Below, piece after piece: positions 13,164 to 25,501 of a stretch of 64,000 bases of DNA. Below the pieces are notes generated by a model that was not told where the DNA came from, made no database searches, and worked only from the letters and a program-made list of their open reading frames with translations. The stretch is from Paraphysomonas bandaiensis (lineage: Eukaryota > Protista > Chrysophyceae). Both the position numbers and the translations under genes were made by a program. Within the stretch, counting starts at the first letter, position 1. The number at the start of each line of letters is the position of its first letter. The stretch lies in assembly GCA_965644295.1 (NCBI GenBank), contig CBFFRP010000215.1, positions 62,001 to 126,000 of the forward strand, given 5' to 3'.

Positions 13164-14231
13164 CTAAGCTTTTTCCGCCGTATATATAGCGCGAATAATA
13201 TCAGTATATGATACAACACCAACAATGGGTCCTTCAGCAGATGGTGCTACCCATAATCTATGTACCCCATTTTGTAACATAATAGATGCGGCTTCACGTA
13301 CTGAAGTATTTGTGGGAACTAGGAGGGCTGGGTTGAGGTTGCCACCGAATTTTTCACGTAAAAACTGCTCTACAGTTTGCTCAGTCGTGAATGCTGACGA
13401 AGTACTCTGTAGACCACGTAAATCAGAAGCGGAGAAAGTGCTAATTGCTCGCCCTAAAAGAAACCGTGTCACGTAAGACTGAAAATGGGTTCATTTACCT
13501 TCACTGTCAATTACAGGCATTGCATAATGCTTTAGGAGTAGATTTAGAGCAGATGTTAGAGACGTATCACAACTTATGCAATTCGGTTGAGGGGTGGCAA
13601 TATTAACTACCGGCATATCCAATGTGTTCTATTCAGCGTAAGCAACCCAAATACAATATATATATTTTGCTGACCTGTAGATGAGGTAGCACCGCGAAAT
13701 CTGCATGCATTAAGTATTTGACAACATCTGTCTGTGACAAGAATTTTACAGACCCAGTGTCGCAACTGCTATCAAACACAAGTGCTCTATGGACACCTAA
13801 ATGGCTACTATTAAGCTGTAAACATGTAAAAGCTTCGCGAATTTACCTTTACAAAATTGCTCCATTGCAAAATATAGCGGCCGATCCGTTGGTTCTACCC
13901 AAAGTGATAGCGACTCATTAGTAGATCCTATTGCCTCTGCTACACGACTTCCAAGTTGCTTTGAAACGTTTCCATTCAAAACAAAAGCCATCAAATCTAG
14001 TATAGACACTACACCGATGTATTGCCTTCCGTGCGCTATAACATTAACCCCTCCAGAACCTATCCAGCTTCCGGGTGTCCCATACACACCAATCGACACT
14101 AAATTCTCGCGTTTTAAAATTTCTATTACATCGGACACTAACGTATTAGCGTCTACTGCAACAACTTCTCGTTTCGAAGCTACGAGATCCCCAACTTTTA
14201 CTGTACACACCTCTTGAAGCCACGATGACAT
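13164..14231 (-). CDS. CBS-domain protein (AMPK gamma / SDS23-like), 4 exons
   Basis: Introns 13797-13846, 13629-13674 and 13454-13498 restore the frame. CBS motifs IGVVSILDL, GVHRALV...LSQTDV, FSASDLRG and GVHRLWV...GVVSYTDII. Confidence 0.88.
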
Positions 14232-15262
14232 TTGTGGTAAACTCAATAGAACACTATCAATAGCGATAACTTTACACTGTGTACAGATGTTAACTCCTTC
14301 TATTAATAGTGAAGGAATGCCTGTGAATTGTGTATACAGTAGTTCGATAATTGAATGATGTAAGTCTCATCTTCAACTAAATAGAAAAGGTCAAACTCAA
14401 GAGAAGATGACTTTCGAGGCATCTTATCCAATAAACACTCTTCTCAGAGGTGCAACTTCAACTTCTTTCCATCACAACAATGAAGGTGAAAAAAAACAAG
14501 TGTAAAAAGCTAAAATTAATGGTTTTTTCAAGGAATACGCATTTTTTAGAACAGAAAACCACTAAATCCAACGTATTCAGCATTTTGGACATGGACGTCC
14601 ATATCATCCAATCAACACAATGCATCCATTCTTACTGCGTTCTAACATGCATGACTTATTGCTCCGTTAAAATGAGAACGAACAGCGAAGCGACTGTAAC
14701 TCTGCATGTAGCAATAGGTAGTGTGTATCATTATCAGGTTGACCCAGAAATACGACTTCGACAATGAATTCTCCTTAAGGACTAATATGTTATGAATTAT
14801 GAACTGATATGCTATATTTTGAGTGAACTTCATGGTGGTATTTCAGCTCTACAAGACCACTACTTCAAGATGGGTTTGTCTCATATATCAACTTGTTTTC
14901 TAGATTCCGGAAGTTGTTCGTAATGCAGATGAATCCTAATATTCGTTTAATTAAGTCTCTTGCGAATGCAATTGTTGGACAAGATCCCAGACTGTTACAA
15001 TGGGCGATATCGATTCATCTAGGTAAATTGAAGAGTTTGGGGGTTGCAGGTTGCAATGACGAATATCATCACAATTCACAATGTATATGTACTTCGCATT
15101 CGAAGTTAAATTTCTAAGCTCTAAAGATAGTTTCAATTTATTCCACATGAAAGTGATCTTGAGAATATACGGTGTGAATTAATTAGGTGTGAATTAATGA
15201 AGTGCCAATTTTATCAATTAGATACAGCAATGGGCAACAATTCTATCAAGGCAACATTCGCA

Positions 15263-16828
15263 CTATACAGATTCACACTGATAATTTGCTAGACTTTGAA
15301 ACCACGCCAGTGCACCAGCAAACCCAATACTCATAAAAAAGAACATAAAAAAACTTATAAACCCTAATACTTTCAAATTCATTCGAACAAACTCTTTAAT
15401 GGCATCACGTGACCATTCGGGACATACCTGAAGTAATATATAGTGTCAATATATACACGCTATGGACAATGCAAGATATAGCATACATAGTTTTACTATT
15501 TTGAATATATCTCATGCTTGAGAAGATCACCTCATCAATGTCATCGTTTCCACAGCAGCAACATCCATCAAAATTCGCATCACAAGGAATTTTCTGCAGA
15601 TCCTCCTCCGACATATCTTTGAATTCATCGTCAAGTTCACCTGTAAGTACCCAACATGCCGTACAAACAAGGACACATCCGGATAGTACTACCACGAGGC
15701 TGACCAAATATATGCCCAAACCGGTGCGGTGTTTGTGTGCCCCAGCGTATGTTCCTAAGACGGCGAGAAACGCACACGAAATTCCAATGGCAATGAACAC
15801 CCATGCTATCCAGTCCAGTCCTGCTACAAAAAAACTACAAAGAAAATTACCATCAAATATAGACATCCCACAGACATATCGCAATAGAAATATTAATATA
15901 TGTGACATTCAATGACATAAGGCGAATACGCACTCGTGGTTTAGACTGTAGACGCCAGCCGCTATTGACAAGCCAACGGGCAAGAATGATTCGCAGTTAA
16001 CAACAGTAAGAAGTCGCTTCATGATAATCGGAACCGTAATTAACCTTGAGAAAGACATCACTGTGGAAGAATATAAAAAATATCATTAAAGTATACCTTA
16101 TAGCAAAGCCAATTCCCATAACAAGTAGAGTTGCAATCACCACGCAGTTTGCTCCGAGGAGTTTGAAGCAGTCTTGAAGCCAGTCATGCGCATCGTGTTG
16201 AGCATCACTCACAATCTCTTCACATCCAGATGAGTTCACTGCACAGAGTTGTGTACTATTTGCTTTTCCGTGCAATGGGCACCCAGCCATACACCATTCC
16301 TCTGTGGTGTTGTAGTCTCTCCCTGGTCAACGTTTTACTGGATCGTGATGTATCGCGTATAACTCAACACTCACCTCCACGTACAGGAGCTCTGCACTCC
16401 GACTCTGCAGTATGGGATTCGCAGAACATATTACGAAGCTCAATTGTGCTTGCTCTATCCCACGAATGTTTTACAAAACCACTCAGTGTGTCGTGGAAGG
16501 AGAAACACGTGACAGCTGCCAGCAAAATGATCGGAGTCATAAATATAACACCGTAAACATATGCATACAGCAGACTATAATTCTCTGTACGGCCCGCACA
16601 AACACCAATAACTCCTAATGCAGTTAATAAAATCCCAATAACAGATAGTAATATCGACGCTTCTTGTAAGTGATATGTTACCCATGCCACATATCCAGAA
16701 AAGATGCATAAAATGAAACCAAATGTCGCCGCAATAACACTAAGCCAAGTAAGAATTTCCTTATCTTTTATTCTCTTGTTTTCCTCAGGAGAACTACGAC
16801 GACCAGTGATGAGACTGACTTTAGCCAT
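15263..16828 (-). CDS. Tetraspanin-like membrane protein with two tandem 4TM units (multi-exon)
   Basis: Two similar blocks: TM2-TM3 GVIGVCAGRTENYSLLYAY and AVLGTYAGAHKHRTGLGIY, each followed by a Cys-rich loop (second has GCCCCG) and a TM4. Last exon reads CPEWSRDAIKEFVRMNLKVLG...YQCESV*. Internal splice sites are partly uncertain. Confidence 0.72.
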
Positions 16829-17268
16829 ACTTTATAAGTATATTCTTGGGACACTATAACAGGAACAATTAAAAGGGTCTGACTCTTATTCTAAACAGTT
16901 TCAGCTAAAACTATTCAATCAGCAATTGAAAACTGAAGGGACTCTCATTAATTTAGATCAAATTCCTTCAAACAGCAATGTATATGCCACATGCACAGCG
17001 TGTTTAACAAGAAACCATGTAGCCATATGTACTTAGGTTAGTTTCCAGTATATTAGTATAAAATGTATAAAAAAAGCAAGTTTTAAAGTAATAATACGGT
17101 TTCGATGCACAAAACATGGTAATTTATACAGCGTTTTTTGTGTAAATTGTACGCTGCTGTATACAGCAGAAGTAAGTATTGTACTGCTAACCACACCAGA
17201 GTCCAACTCCCCATATAGTGTACTGCTGTGTAGGTGTACTGCTGTACATGATATGAACTTAACTTTAT

Positions 17269-19145
17269 ATGGAGCAGTTGAGTTGACTTGTTGTTTATTC
17301 ATCTCTTATACATAGCAAAGAGCGTGTATTGGCCCATGGTTGATAATTTTGGATTCCGCACCCCTCATCCGGATAATAATAACTCAGATTCAAGCTACTT
17401 GACATGGCTGAAGGGTAAAGCACAGACAGACTCTGCAGAGGGATATTGGCGCATACACGACTCATACTATGACTTGTCAGAGTTTGCATCTAATCATCCT
17501 GGTGGAGCTGAATGGATTCAGTTTACTCAAGGACATGATATAACAGAACTGTTTGAGTCTCATCATCCCAATATGAGAAAAGTTAAACAGCTATTGAACA
17601 AATTTTTAATAGATACCAAACCAGAAAAAAAGAGAAATACATGTGGGTTTACCTTTGATGAGAATGGTTTCTACTGTACTTTGAGAAACCGTGCATGGGA
17701 GGTATTAGAGAAGTGTGGAACTGGCCCCACCACTGGAATGCTTGTTTTACATAGTTCGCTATTGGCGTTATTTCTTGTGTTCATTGTTGTTTCTGTGCTG
17801 CCTTTGAGTGGAAAATTGTGGTGGTTGTGTTCAGTGGCTTCAGGATTTTTTCTTTCTCTTTTGGCGATGTGTTCCCATAACTTTTACCACCAGAAGAACA
17901 GCTGGAGAAATTATTGTTTCGACTTAAGTATTCCAAGCTCTCACGAATGGCGAGTGACGCACTGTTATTCCCACCATACTTACCCGAATACAGCTTACGA
18001 CTTTGAGGTATCTTCTGCAGTCAACGTAATGAACTTTTACCCCGTAGAACACTTGACTAAGGTCCCGGGATTGCGCTCCATTATCACGATGCAGATTGTG
18101 TTCTTACTCGGATTTATTAGTATGGTAAGTCTGTGAACTGTGTATTTGGCTTACTACTGTGGTTTCGATAACTTTGTGCCTTTCAGCTGATCAGGCGGCA
18201 TTTCTTATTGCTGAGAGGATCCATACCATTCCGCTTGGAATATCTGCTTCCTCATATTACTTATCTTATATTGGTGGGGATATACAGTTTTGCTGGGTCC
18301 AAGTATCATGAGGTACAAATGTACTGTCCGCAACGTGAATGAATATTGTAAATAGCGTGTGACGAATGAATATATCGAACAGTATCATTTGATTCAACTT
18401 ATTGGCAGGATACTTCGTCGGTTTTTATTTTCCCGCTCACGTCCCTATTGCTGGTGTATATGACATCATCCTATTTCTTTTTGTCCATATCACTTGCTGC
18501 TGGACACCACCACCCAGATATTTGGCATGACGGTGACTTACAATTAGGAGAAAAAATTGATTGGGGCATACTTCAGGTACACCTATTTACGTGCCGTTTT
18601 ATGCGTGCACTCTCTGTTTGATTCACACATGTAACATCACTCACTATTTGCTTAATAGCTGTGTGCTGTGGGCGAAAAACCTGATATTGATCATAGCATG
18701 GTTTTATCATCTGTTTCGTTTGGTCGACATGTACTTCATCATTTATTTCCAACTGTTGACAATTCAAAGCTTTATCTATTGCAGCCTGTGTTAGAAAGAA
18801 CATGTGCCGATTTTAACATCAAGTGAGTAAGAATTATTCTTATGCTGCCGTGTATTTATTCTGCGAAACTTTTGGGCTTGTACATGCATCACATGTGTGA
18901 GTTGTGACTATAAATTTGTTCTCATTGATGATATTATTACCATGTTCATAGTTGTTTTTGTTGTAATGAGTTTCAATCATAAATAGCTGCTAATCGATAA
19001 AAATTAACTTCCTTTTCTCAGGTACTTCGATATCGGCAAAAATAAGGAGGCCCAGAAACTTCCAATTAAATCTACCCGCCAACTCTCTGCGTATGAAGGA
19101 TGGATAGGCATGTGGCGCCAGGTACTGTCAGACTTAAAGTATTAG
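17269..19145 (+). CDS. Cytochrome b5 domain fused to a fatty-acid desaturase-like domain (cytochrome b5-related protein type), multi-exon
   Basis: Heme-binding HPGG and DITELFESHH; His boxes SHNFYH, HCYSHH, later GHHHP and HVLHHLFP. Start codon uncertain (17269 via a short first exon, or 17336). Confidence 0.85.
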
Positions 19146-19785
19146 AACTTGTATTATATGAATACGATATTTCTCGATAATACGAAATAACCTAAGTCAC
19201 AGCTATGGCGGAGTGCCACATCGAGCAAGAATTTTGTGACTTACAGTTCTCTAAATGTGAAGAGAAGCTCACAAAGAAGCAAAAAGGTAGATTAACTGTA
19301 TAGAAACTGCGTAGATTATAAATTAGATGTGTAAGTGTTCATGATTTTCTATTTGACTAGCATGATTAAGTAAATACTGATGACTTGTTGGTGATGCTAC
19401 AACCTAAAACTTATGCTGAAGGCATGAGAAGTGTCGAAGTAATTTCGTAAGAAGTATTTCGAGAAACTGGTTTTCTCAACGGAGCACATAAGGAATATGG
19501 AATCACTCTTTTTTTGGTGTGTAGAGTATACGTATATACTTATCATTGAAAGCCATTAGCAAACTACTTCAGTACCAGTAAATTTCTGAGCTATTAGGCT
19601 GAATGTTTCTTCATATCACGGCACGGAAGCACATCAAGTAAATATTATGTTATACAACAGTTTTGTCCCGCGACTATCTGTACTCAAATCGAATACGACT
19701 ACAAAGTATTAACGTGCATTAATATCATATTTATACAATGTCTAAAAAGACGTCACAAGCCTCTGTCAACCTTTTGAATCTCTGA

Positions 19786-20746
19786 TCAGTTCTTGTTGTG
19801 CATTGCCTCATGGAGAAGTTTCTTATGAAACTCCTGAATGGCCTCCTTTTTAGGTGCGTATCGAAAGCGTCGGAATGATGGATGATTGGGAATAAAAGTG
19901 TCACCCTCCCATATTCCATCAGGATAGAATCCACGGTGCAAAGCCAGGGAAATAGATCGCACCTCTGCATTTCCTGCCAACCGGTGCATAACGGATTTAT
20001 CTTTCTCGTGCACAGTTTGCCCAAAGGCTCGAAAGAGGTGCTTCAGCCACGATGAGTGTGTAACAATAGCAATTTCAGTTTCTGGTCGACTAGCCAACCA
20101 CTGCATCATTGAAATCCCCCTGGCAGTACAGTCTGCATCAGGTTCACGAGTTTCAAGCCAGTCTTCATCTTCCTCTGTAGAGTATCTGCATAGTTTAATC
20201 AAATACCAAAAAAGTTAATAAAATAGAGACTTACCCAAAACTATCAAAATCAATGATGTCGTTAGTAGCTGAATAAATAGGCGCCATGTCATTGACAATA
20301 TCAGTCTTGCTGCGCCTTTTGTCACATGTGAATTTTCCCCAGCGCTCTCGACATGTCTCGTGAACTATGAAGGGGTACCCTTGACCTCCAAACATGATAT
20401 GCGCCGTTTGTAATGTTCTCGTGAAAGGACTAACAACTACTAGTTGTGGTTTTATATCTTGTAGCAAAGTGTCTTTTGCAGTGATACATTGATTAATTCC
20501 TCTCTCGGTCAAACGGGCATCAATATATCTCCAGGAGTTTTCCGTTGAAAAAGTGCATGGTGTATCGTCTCCATAAGCATGATTTGCTTCATTGTGTGTA
20601 CCTTCTGCATGCCTAACAAAGTGAATCGTTTTGGTTCGATTGGCAAGAAAGAGAGAGAACCCATGCTCCGGAATATGAGAGAAAGCCACAGTATCCTTTC
20701 CTATGGCTGGCATAGCAGCATCTTCATTATCCGTGCTTGACGACAT
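19786..20746 (-). CDS. Histidine phosphatase / phosphoglycerate mutase family protein (2 exons)
   Basis: FVRHAEGTHN, VSPFTRTLQTA and EIAIVTHSSWL; one intron near 20175-20234. Confidence 0.92.
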
Positions 20747-21155
20747 ATTAACTTATAGCACCAGTAAAGAAACAGTTCACAAGATGCTTCTAGCTATATT
20801 CGAAGCAGCTATTGTATCCTGCTGTTGTATCCACTGCCTGCACGCGAGCTGTGACGGTCTGGATACAAGATCCACACACAGTCCAGTCGAACCATTGAAG
20901 GTGCGGTACGTACAGTTCCTTACTAAATACAAAATCGATACTTCTGATGCTTTACTCGCATTTTTGTTATATAAACCTCACCTTTTTATTAAAAAACTAG
21001 GATTTGCGGGCCATATCTGGATATCTGATCTCTATACTGTTGCAGTATGTGCGTGCTGCTGCTGGTGGTGCTTTATAGGGCTCTGAGCGAGTAGCTTGTC
21101 AGCATCCATATGAGTGACTTCAAGGAATGTACATTGCATTAATCCCAGGACAACT

Positions 21156-22619
21156 ATGAGGTTATTTCTAACCCTGGTGTTGTGTCCATATCTCTTGTAT
21201 GCAGACAAATTGCCAGGGTCGGATATACAGAGCGATGTGAGATATGAGTGGATAGAGACCGCCCCATATGGCAGTAAACTATACAATATTGTAGCAGATA
21301 CTGTTTATGACGATCCAGTTCAGTTAATTGATTTAATTGCCCCGACTTCTTTTCAACTGGGATATGACTATGGATATCTTCTAGGAGAACAGACTGTTAC
21401 GAATTATAATGCAGTGCTGAAGTATCTGCTGGGAGATGAGTGGTATGAGCCAATCGTAGCTGAAGTCGTGAATAAATTCTTGGATTGGCAGTGGGATAAT
21501 TACTTATCTGTACAACTAACTGAGGAATACTTAGATGAAATCAGAGGTTTAACGCAAGGTGGACATAGAGGAGGAACGGCGCATGATATTGGGAAGATTG
21601 TGTCTAGGTGCACTGTAATAGCAAATTTTCCGGGTTCGCTGGAGAACCTTGCTATTATATTCAAGGATGAAGCAGCACACCCTCCGAACTCAATACAATC
21701 TGCTCAAGTAGCAGATGTGATTAAAAAATTATCGAAGCGGTGGTCAAGTTTGTCGTGTTCAATGTTTGGTGTGTGGGGGGCACGAACAAGAGATGGGCAT
21801 TTGTACACTGGCCGCAACTTGGATTGGATACCACAGATGGGGATCAGCAAATATAAACTTATTGCTGTCTTCCATCCATCTGACGGGTATGCTCATGCGA
21901 CAGTAGGCTGGGCTGGTATCTGGGGAAGCATAACGGGTATGTCTAGTGAGGGCCTGACTGTCCACGAAGCAAATCTCGAGAGTGATGATATTACTTTTCG
22001 AGGATTTCCATGGGTCCTTCGACTGAGGTATATAATGACTTATTCAAGTACTATTGAAGAGGCCCTTTCCCTTTGGAATAGCACCAACAACACTGTTGGA
22101 TTCAATCATGGTGTCGGGTCGCGTAAGGATTCTACTGCTGTCGTTATGGAGACAATGATGGGAAATACCGCAGTTTTTGCTGATAATGATCCGAGGGAAA
22201 TGGACTTCGTTTATGATGACCAGCAGATTGGTGCTCCACGCGAAAATACGGTTTATCGAACCAATCATGGATATGATCCCTATACCATTCAACACTTCCT
22301 GTGGAATGGAACTAACAGCTATGAGTATTCGATACAACGGTATTTGTTGTTCCCAGAATTGTTCGATTCCTACGAAGCATCAGGAGTTAAAATTGGAGCA
22401 GAGGAAGCCGTTAATATTACCGCCATTGTGGCGGACAAGGATGATGATCATGTATACGACTGTGGAGGTGGCACGGACGGATGGAATATCCTCAGTGTGA
22501 CTTTCGATACTCACGACCTGGTCATGTACACTGCGTGGGAAAATGGATACGATGGCCAATACATGTGTGCAGCGTGCAATACATACTTAAGGATTGACAT
22601 GACCCAGTGGTTCACGTAA
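21156..22619 (+). CDS. Secreted/lysosomal Ntn-hydrolase (peptidase C45 / acid ceramidase-NAAA-like), intronless
   Basis: Signal peptide MRLFLTLVLCPYLLYA; autoprocessing site LS-CSMFGVWG; GRNLDW; GSITGMSSEGL; RTNH. Confidence 0.85.
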   Translation: MRLFLTLVLCPYLLYADKLPGSDIQSDVRYEWIETAPYGSKLYNIVADTVYDDPVQLIDLIAPTSFQLGYDYGYLLGEQTVTNYNAVLKYLLGDEWYEPIVAEVVNKFLDWQWDNYLSVQLTEEYLDEIRGLTQGGHRGGTAHDIGKIVSRCTVIANFPGSLENLAIIFKDEAAHPPNSIQSAQVADVIKKLSKRWSSLSCSMFGVWGARTRDGHLYTGRNLDWIPQMGISKYKLIAVFHPSDGYAHATVGWAGIWGSITGMSSEGLTVHEANLESDDITFRGFPWVLRLRYIMTYSSTIEEALSLWNSTNNTVGFNHGVGSRKDSTAVVMETMMGNTAVFADNDPREMDFVYDDQQIGAPRENTVYRTNHGYDPYTIQHFLWNGTNSYEYSIQRYLLFPELFDSYEASGVKIGAEEAVNITAIVADKDDDHVYDCGGGTDGWNILSVTFDTHDLVMYTAWENGYDGQYMCAACNTYLRIDMTQWFT

Positions 22620-22824
22620 GCCGTCTCTGAGTATGATATATTTTTTGTATGGGGTTCTAGAACTGCTTTCATTTAATGAATGTAATAACACATATGTTTA
22701 ATTAATCGAATGGGCACGCTGAAGTTTTATTTGTGTTAGTCAATATCATATAATAATATATGTGTAGCAAATAAAACAATCGTTGATATTCACTGTTTAC
22801 TACGTCTATATTATTCCTGTATAC

Positions 22825-23748
22825 CAGGGCTGCGTACAAATTGTTTGTCAATTAATTGACGCAGGTTGTAGTCAATTATAATTGCAATTATTACTTGCTG
22901 TCCAATTAATTGAATTTTCAATTAATTGATACTAAAAACTACGAATTCGAATGGCCATACATTAGGTGCCAACATAGCTTGCTCAAACGTAATTTCTTTC
23001 CAGAGGCGACGATCCATGCGTATATTTATAAGTAGCTCTAAATGCCGAGGATTCATACTATTACGCAAATCAATCATATATCATATCAATATATCAGTCT
23101 TAGCTGTACTGAATAATCTTTCAACCTCATTGGCTGTGGCATGCAAGTGCTTCATGCTGCGGTATCGTGTGTGGAGGTTAATACTTACTCGCTTCAGCTG
23201 CCTGTTACCACCAGTCGTTGCTCTGTGTTTTCATAATACATAATAGCAGACCCAGATGACGAGTGCCTTGTACAAACGTCGTGGAGATCGAGTTGATGTT
23301 TACCTTCCTTCTCTAGTTCGATTAGGAGATATTTTACAATGCAACCAAACCTTCCTAAATATCATGTTTGATGGCATGCTGCGAGAGGTTGCCCCATCCA
23401 TAACCTTTCTTTTGCCTCAGAATACTTTTACCACAGGACACTCCAGGCATTGCCAAGTCTCTAATGCTCTAATGCAACGTTTTCGTTGTTTTTATTTATT
23501 TTTTTGAAGAACACTCGAGCAGTGACTTCCAAGGCTGCGTATCAATTAATTGTCAATTAATGAAATTGCAATAATTGAAATTGGGACATCAAGAAATAGT
23601 CGCAATTATAATTAATTGACAATTAATTGATTGCAGCAAGCTGGAGTCAGTTATTATGCATTTTTGATTTGCCGTCACAACTTCAATAATTGAGAATCTC
23701 TTGCAATTTGTAATTAATAGAAAATCAATGATTTGATATGCAGCCCTG
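22825..23748 (-). mobile_element. Internally deleted non-autonomous hAT DNA transposon
   Basis: TIRs CAGGGCTGC...GCAGCCCTG; perfect 8-bp TSD CTGTATAC (22817-22824, 23749-23756); subterminal CAATTAATTG motifs. Minus-strand transposase remnants: WQCLECP...NLSQHAIKH (Zn-finger-like) and HATANEVERLFSTAK (hAT dimerisation motif), with stops. Confidence 0.9.
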
Positions 23749-24160
23749 CTGTATACTAGACGGCTAAGCGAACCACACAACTTTTTTTCATGCTAGCCGT
23801 ATAGGTGTATAGTAAGTTGATGAATCAATATGAGTGAATTTCGTCGTCAGCATGCCCACACACCACACAGAGGCCTGAGACTACTGCTTTCTCATTTCTG
23901 TGAGAATTTTGACTATACTACATACAATTATTCGCAGAGTGACTTTAGAGATACCAGCACCCTCATGCTGGAGTGTATTCACTGGACTGTCGTCAGTATT
24001 GGTATTTATTTCATTGCTTACGGAATATCCATGCACTCTGTATTCGTCAATGTGTCAAATACGCAGTCACAAGAAAAGATATATCAATTAATTGAGTCAA
24101 AAGACACTGTTTTGTTAATATCCACCCCATTCACGTTTTCATTCAAATGATTACTACAGC

Positions 24161-24797
24161 TTAATCTTCCTTGACGGAACTCAATTGGTTCATTTGATCA
24201 AACATAGAGCCAACCCCTTTTGGTGTTCCATTCCCAATCATTTTCTGCAAGTTGGCTCGAATTGCAAAAGTGCTCAGTCCATAAATGCAGCCCTATTAAA
24301 AATATTACTATATATGAATATGTACACTGAAGCGTTTAATACTTACAAAGCTGCAATCTGTCATATCAAGTGAAGTTAATCCGGAATGAGTCATTTTAGT
24401 GAATAAGCTCAACGGTTCGAATGGCAACTTCGCTACAACAACATCACTGTAGGTTTTCCGCATGACTTGATACAGCACAAACATGACAATAGAGAGAAAG
24501 ATTAAGCTGTACATTTTCATTCCTGATAATTGAGTGTTGTCTCGCTTCATGTCTTTCTCCATCTTAGCTAAAGTCTTCTCGTCCCCACCATCTCGCTTCA
24601 TTCGTTGCACAGAATAGTAGGTTTTCTCTATCTTCTCTTTAAGTCTCTGGTAAGGTGCTTTTCTATATATAAAATACCACGAAATTCCTAATATATACAT
24701 ATATGAAAAGAGCTGTAATGGCTGTGATGTGCTTACCCTCTGATAACAATGTCACTGCCGCACTCACTGTGCATATAAACACTGCGTCCTGCCACAT
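24161..24797 (-). CDS. TMCO1: TMCO1 (EMC3/TMCO1, DUF106 family) ER membrane protein, 3 exons
   Basis: LLSEGISWYFIYR..YQRLK, VVAKLPFEPL...HSGL...DMTDCSF and IRANLQKMIG match the TMCO1 pattern. Confidence 0.88.
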
Positions 24798-25123
24798 TAT
24801 TTTGGGAGTTGGTATGATAACAGGAAGGAGCTATTGGATTGTTAATGATTGTGGTTACTGCCTGAGTTGCAATCACTTCTCAGTGTGTCAGCCAGTACTA
24901 TATGTCAACATGCTAGATGCTGCTGTATGTACAGGATGTAGGTATGCAATGTATACCAGGTATACCCCGTATTCCTTATCTTTTATCCAGGGTGTAGGTG
25001 TAGATGTCTCCATATATCACCAGCCCATCTGGTGTCCACATAATTCGAAATCAGAGTGAATATATATAGAAGATTTATCTATCTTTCTGATTATCGTTAT
25101 AGAGATTCTGGATAAACCCAAGT

Positions 25124-25501
25124 ATGAGTAACGACCCATATGTTGTACTTAGCATTAATGAGGTGATCACTAATAGTGCCTTACATGGTCAGAAAGCTAA
25201 GATTTTTGGTACACTTCAGTGTCCGGAACAATTTTCTGATTTGGCTACTCTATCATGGAATAATGACACATTGAAAGTGGACTTACGGCTCGCTTCACTT
25301 GTGGGGCTAGAGTTCCCTGTACAGTGTCACGTTATGGGTGTGCTACAATATATGACTCAAAATGAATTTCAATATGATATATCATCTGCATCTAAAGAAT
25401 TTTATGTGTTGAATGCAAAATTGGTTGTAGCAGCGAATGGCATGGATTATGCTCTATATGAGAAGTGTGTGCAAAAAAGGAAGATTGGATTTGGCATATA
25501 G
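25124..25501 (+). CDS. TEN1: TEN1-like OB-fold subunit of the CST telomere complex
   Basis: 125-aa single exon. KIFGTL, LKVDL, VMGVL and VLNAKLVVAANGMDYALYEKCVQKR follow the plant/animal TEN1 pattern. Confidence 0.7.
   Translation: MSNDPYVVLSINEVITNSALHGQKAKIFGTLQCPEQFSDLATLSWNNDTLKVDLRLASLVGLEFPVQCHVMGVLQYMTQNEFQYDISSASKEFYVLNAKLVVAANGMDYALYEKCVQKRKIGFGI

Noticed and set aside
14580-14640. HGRPYHP peptide resembling an rve integrase motif
   Set aside because: Not followed by the expected QSQGxVER-like text and no surrounding open frame; at most an unrecognisable relic.
22926-24150. Plus-strand ORFs 22926-23243, 23256-23507 and 23830-24150
   Set aside because: The first two are antisense to hAT transposase remnants; the third lies antisense in the TMCO1 3' region without motifs.
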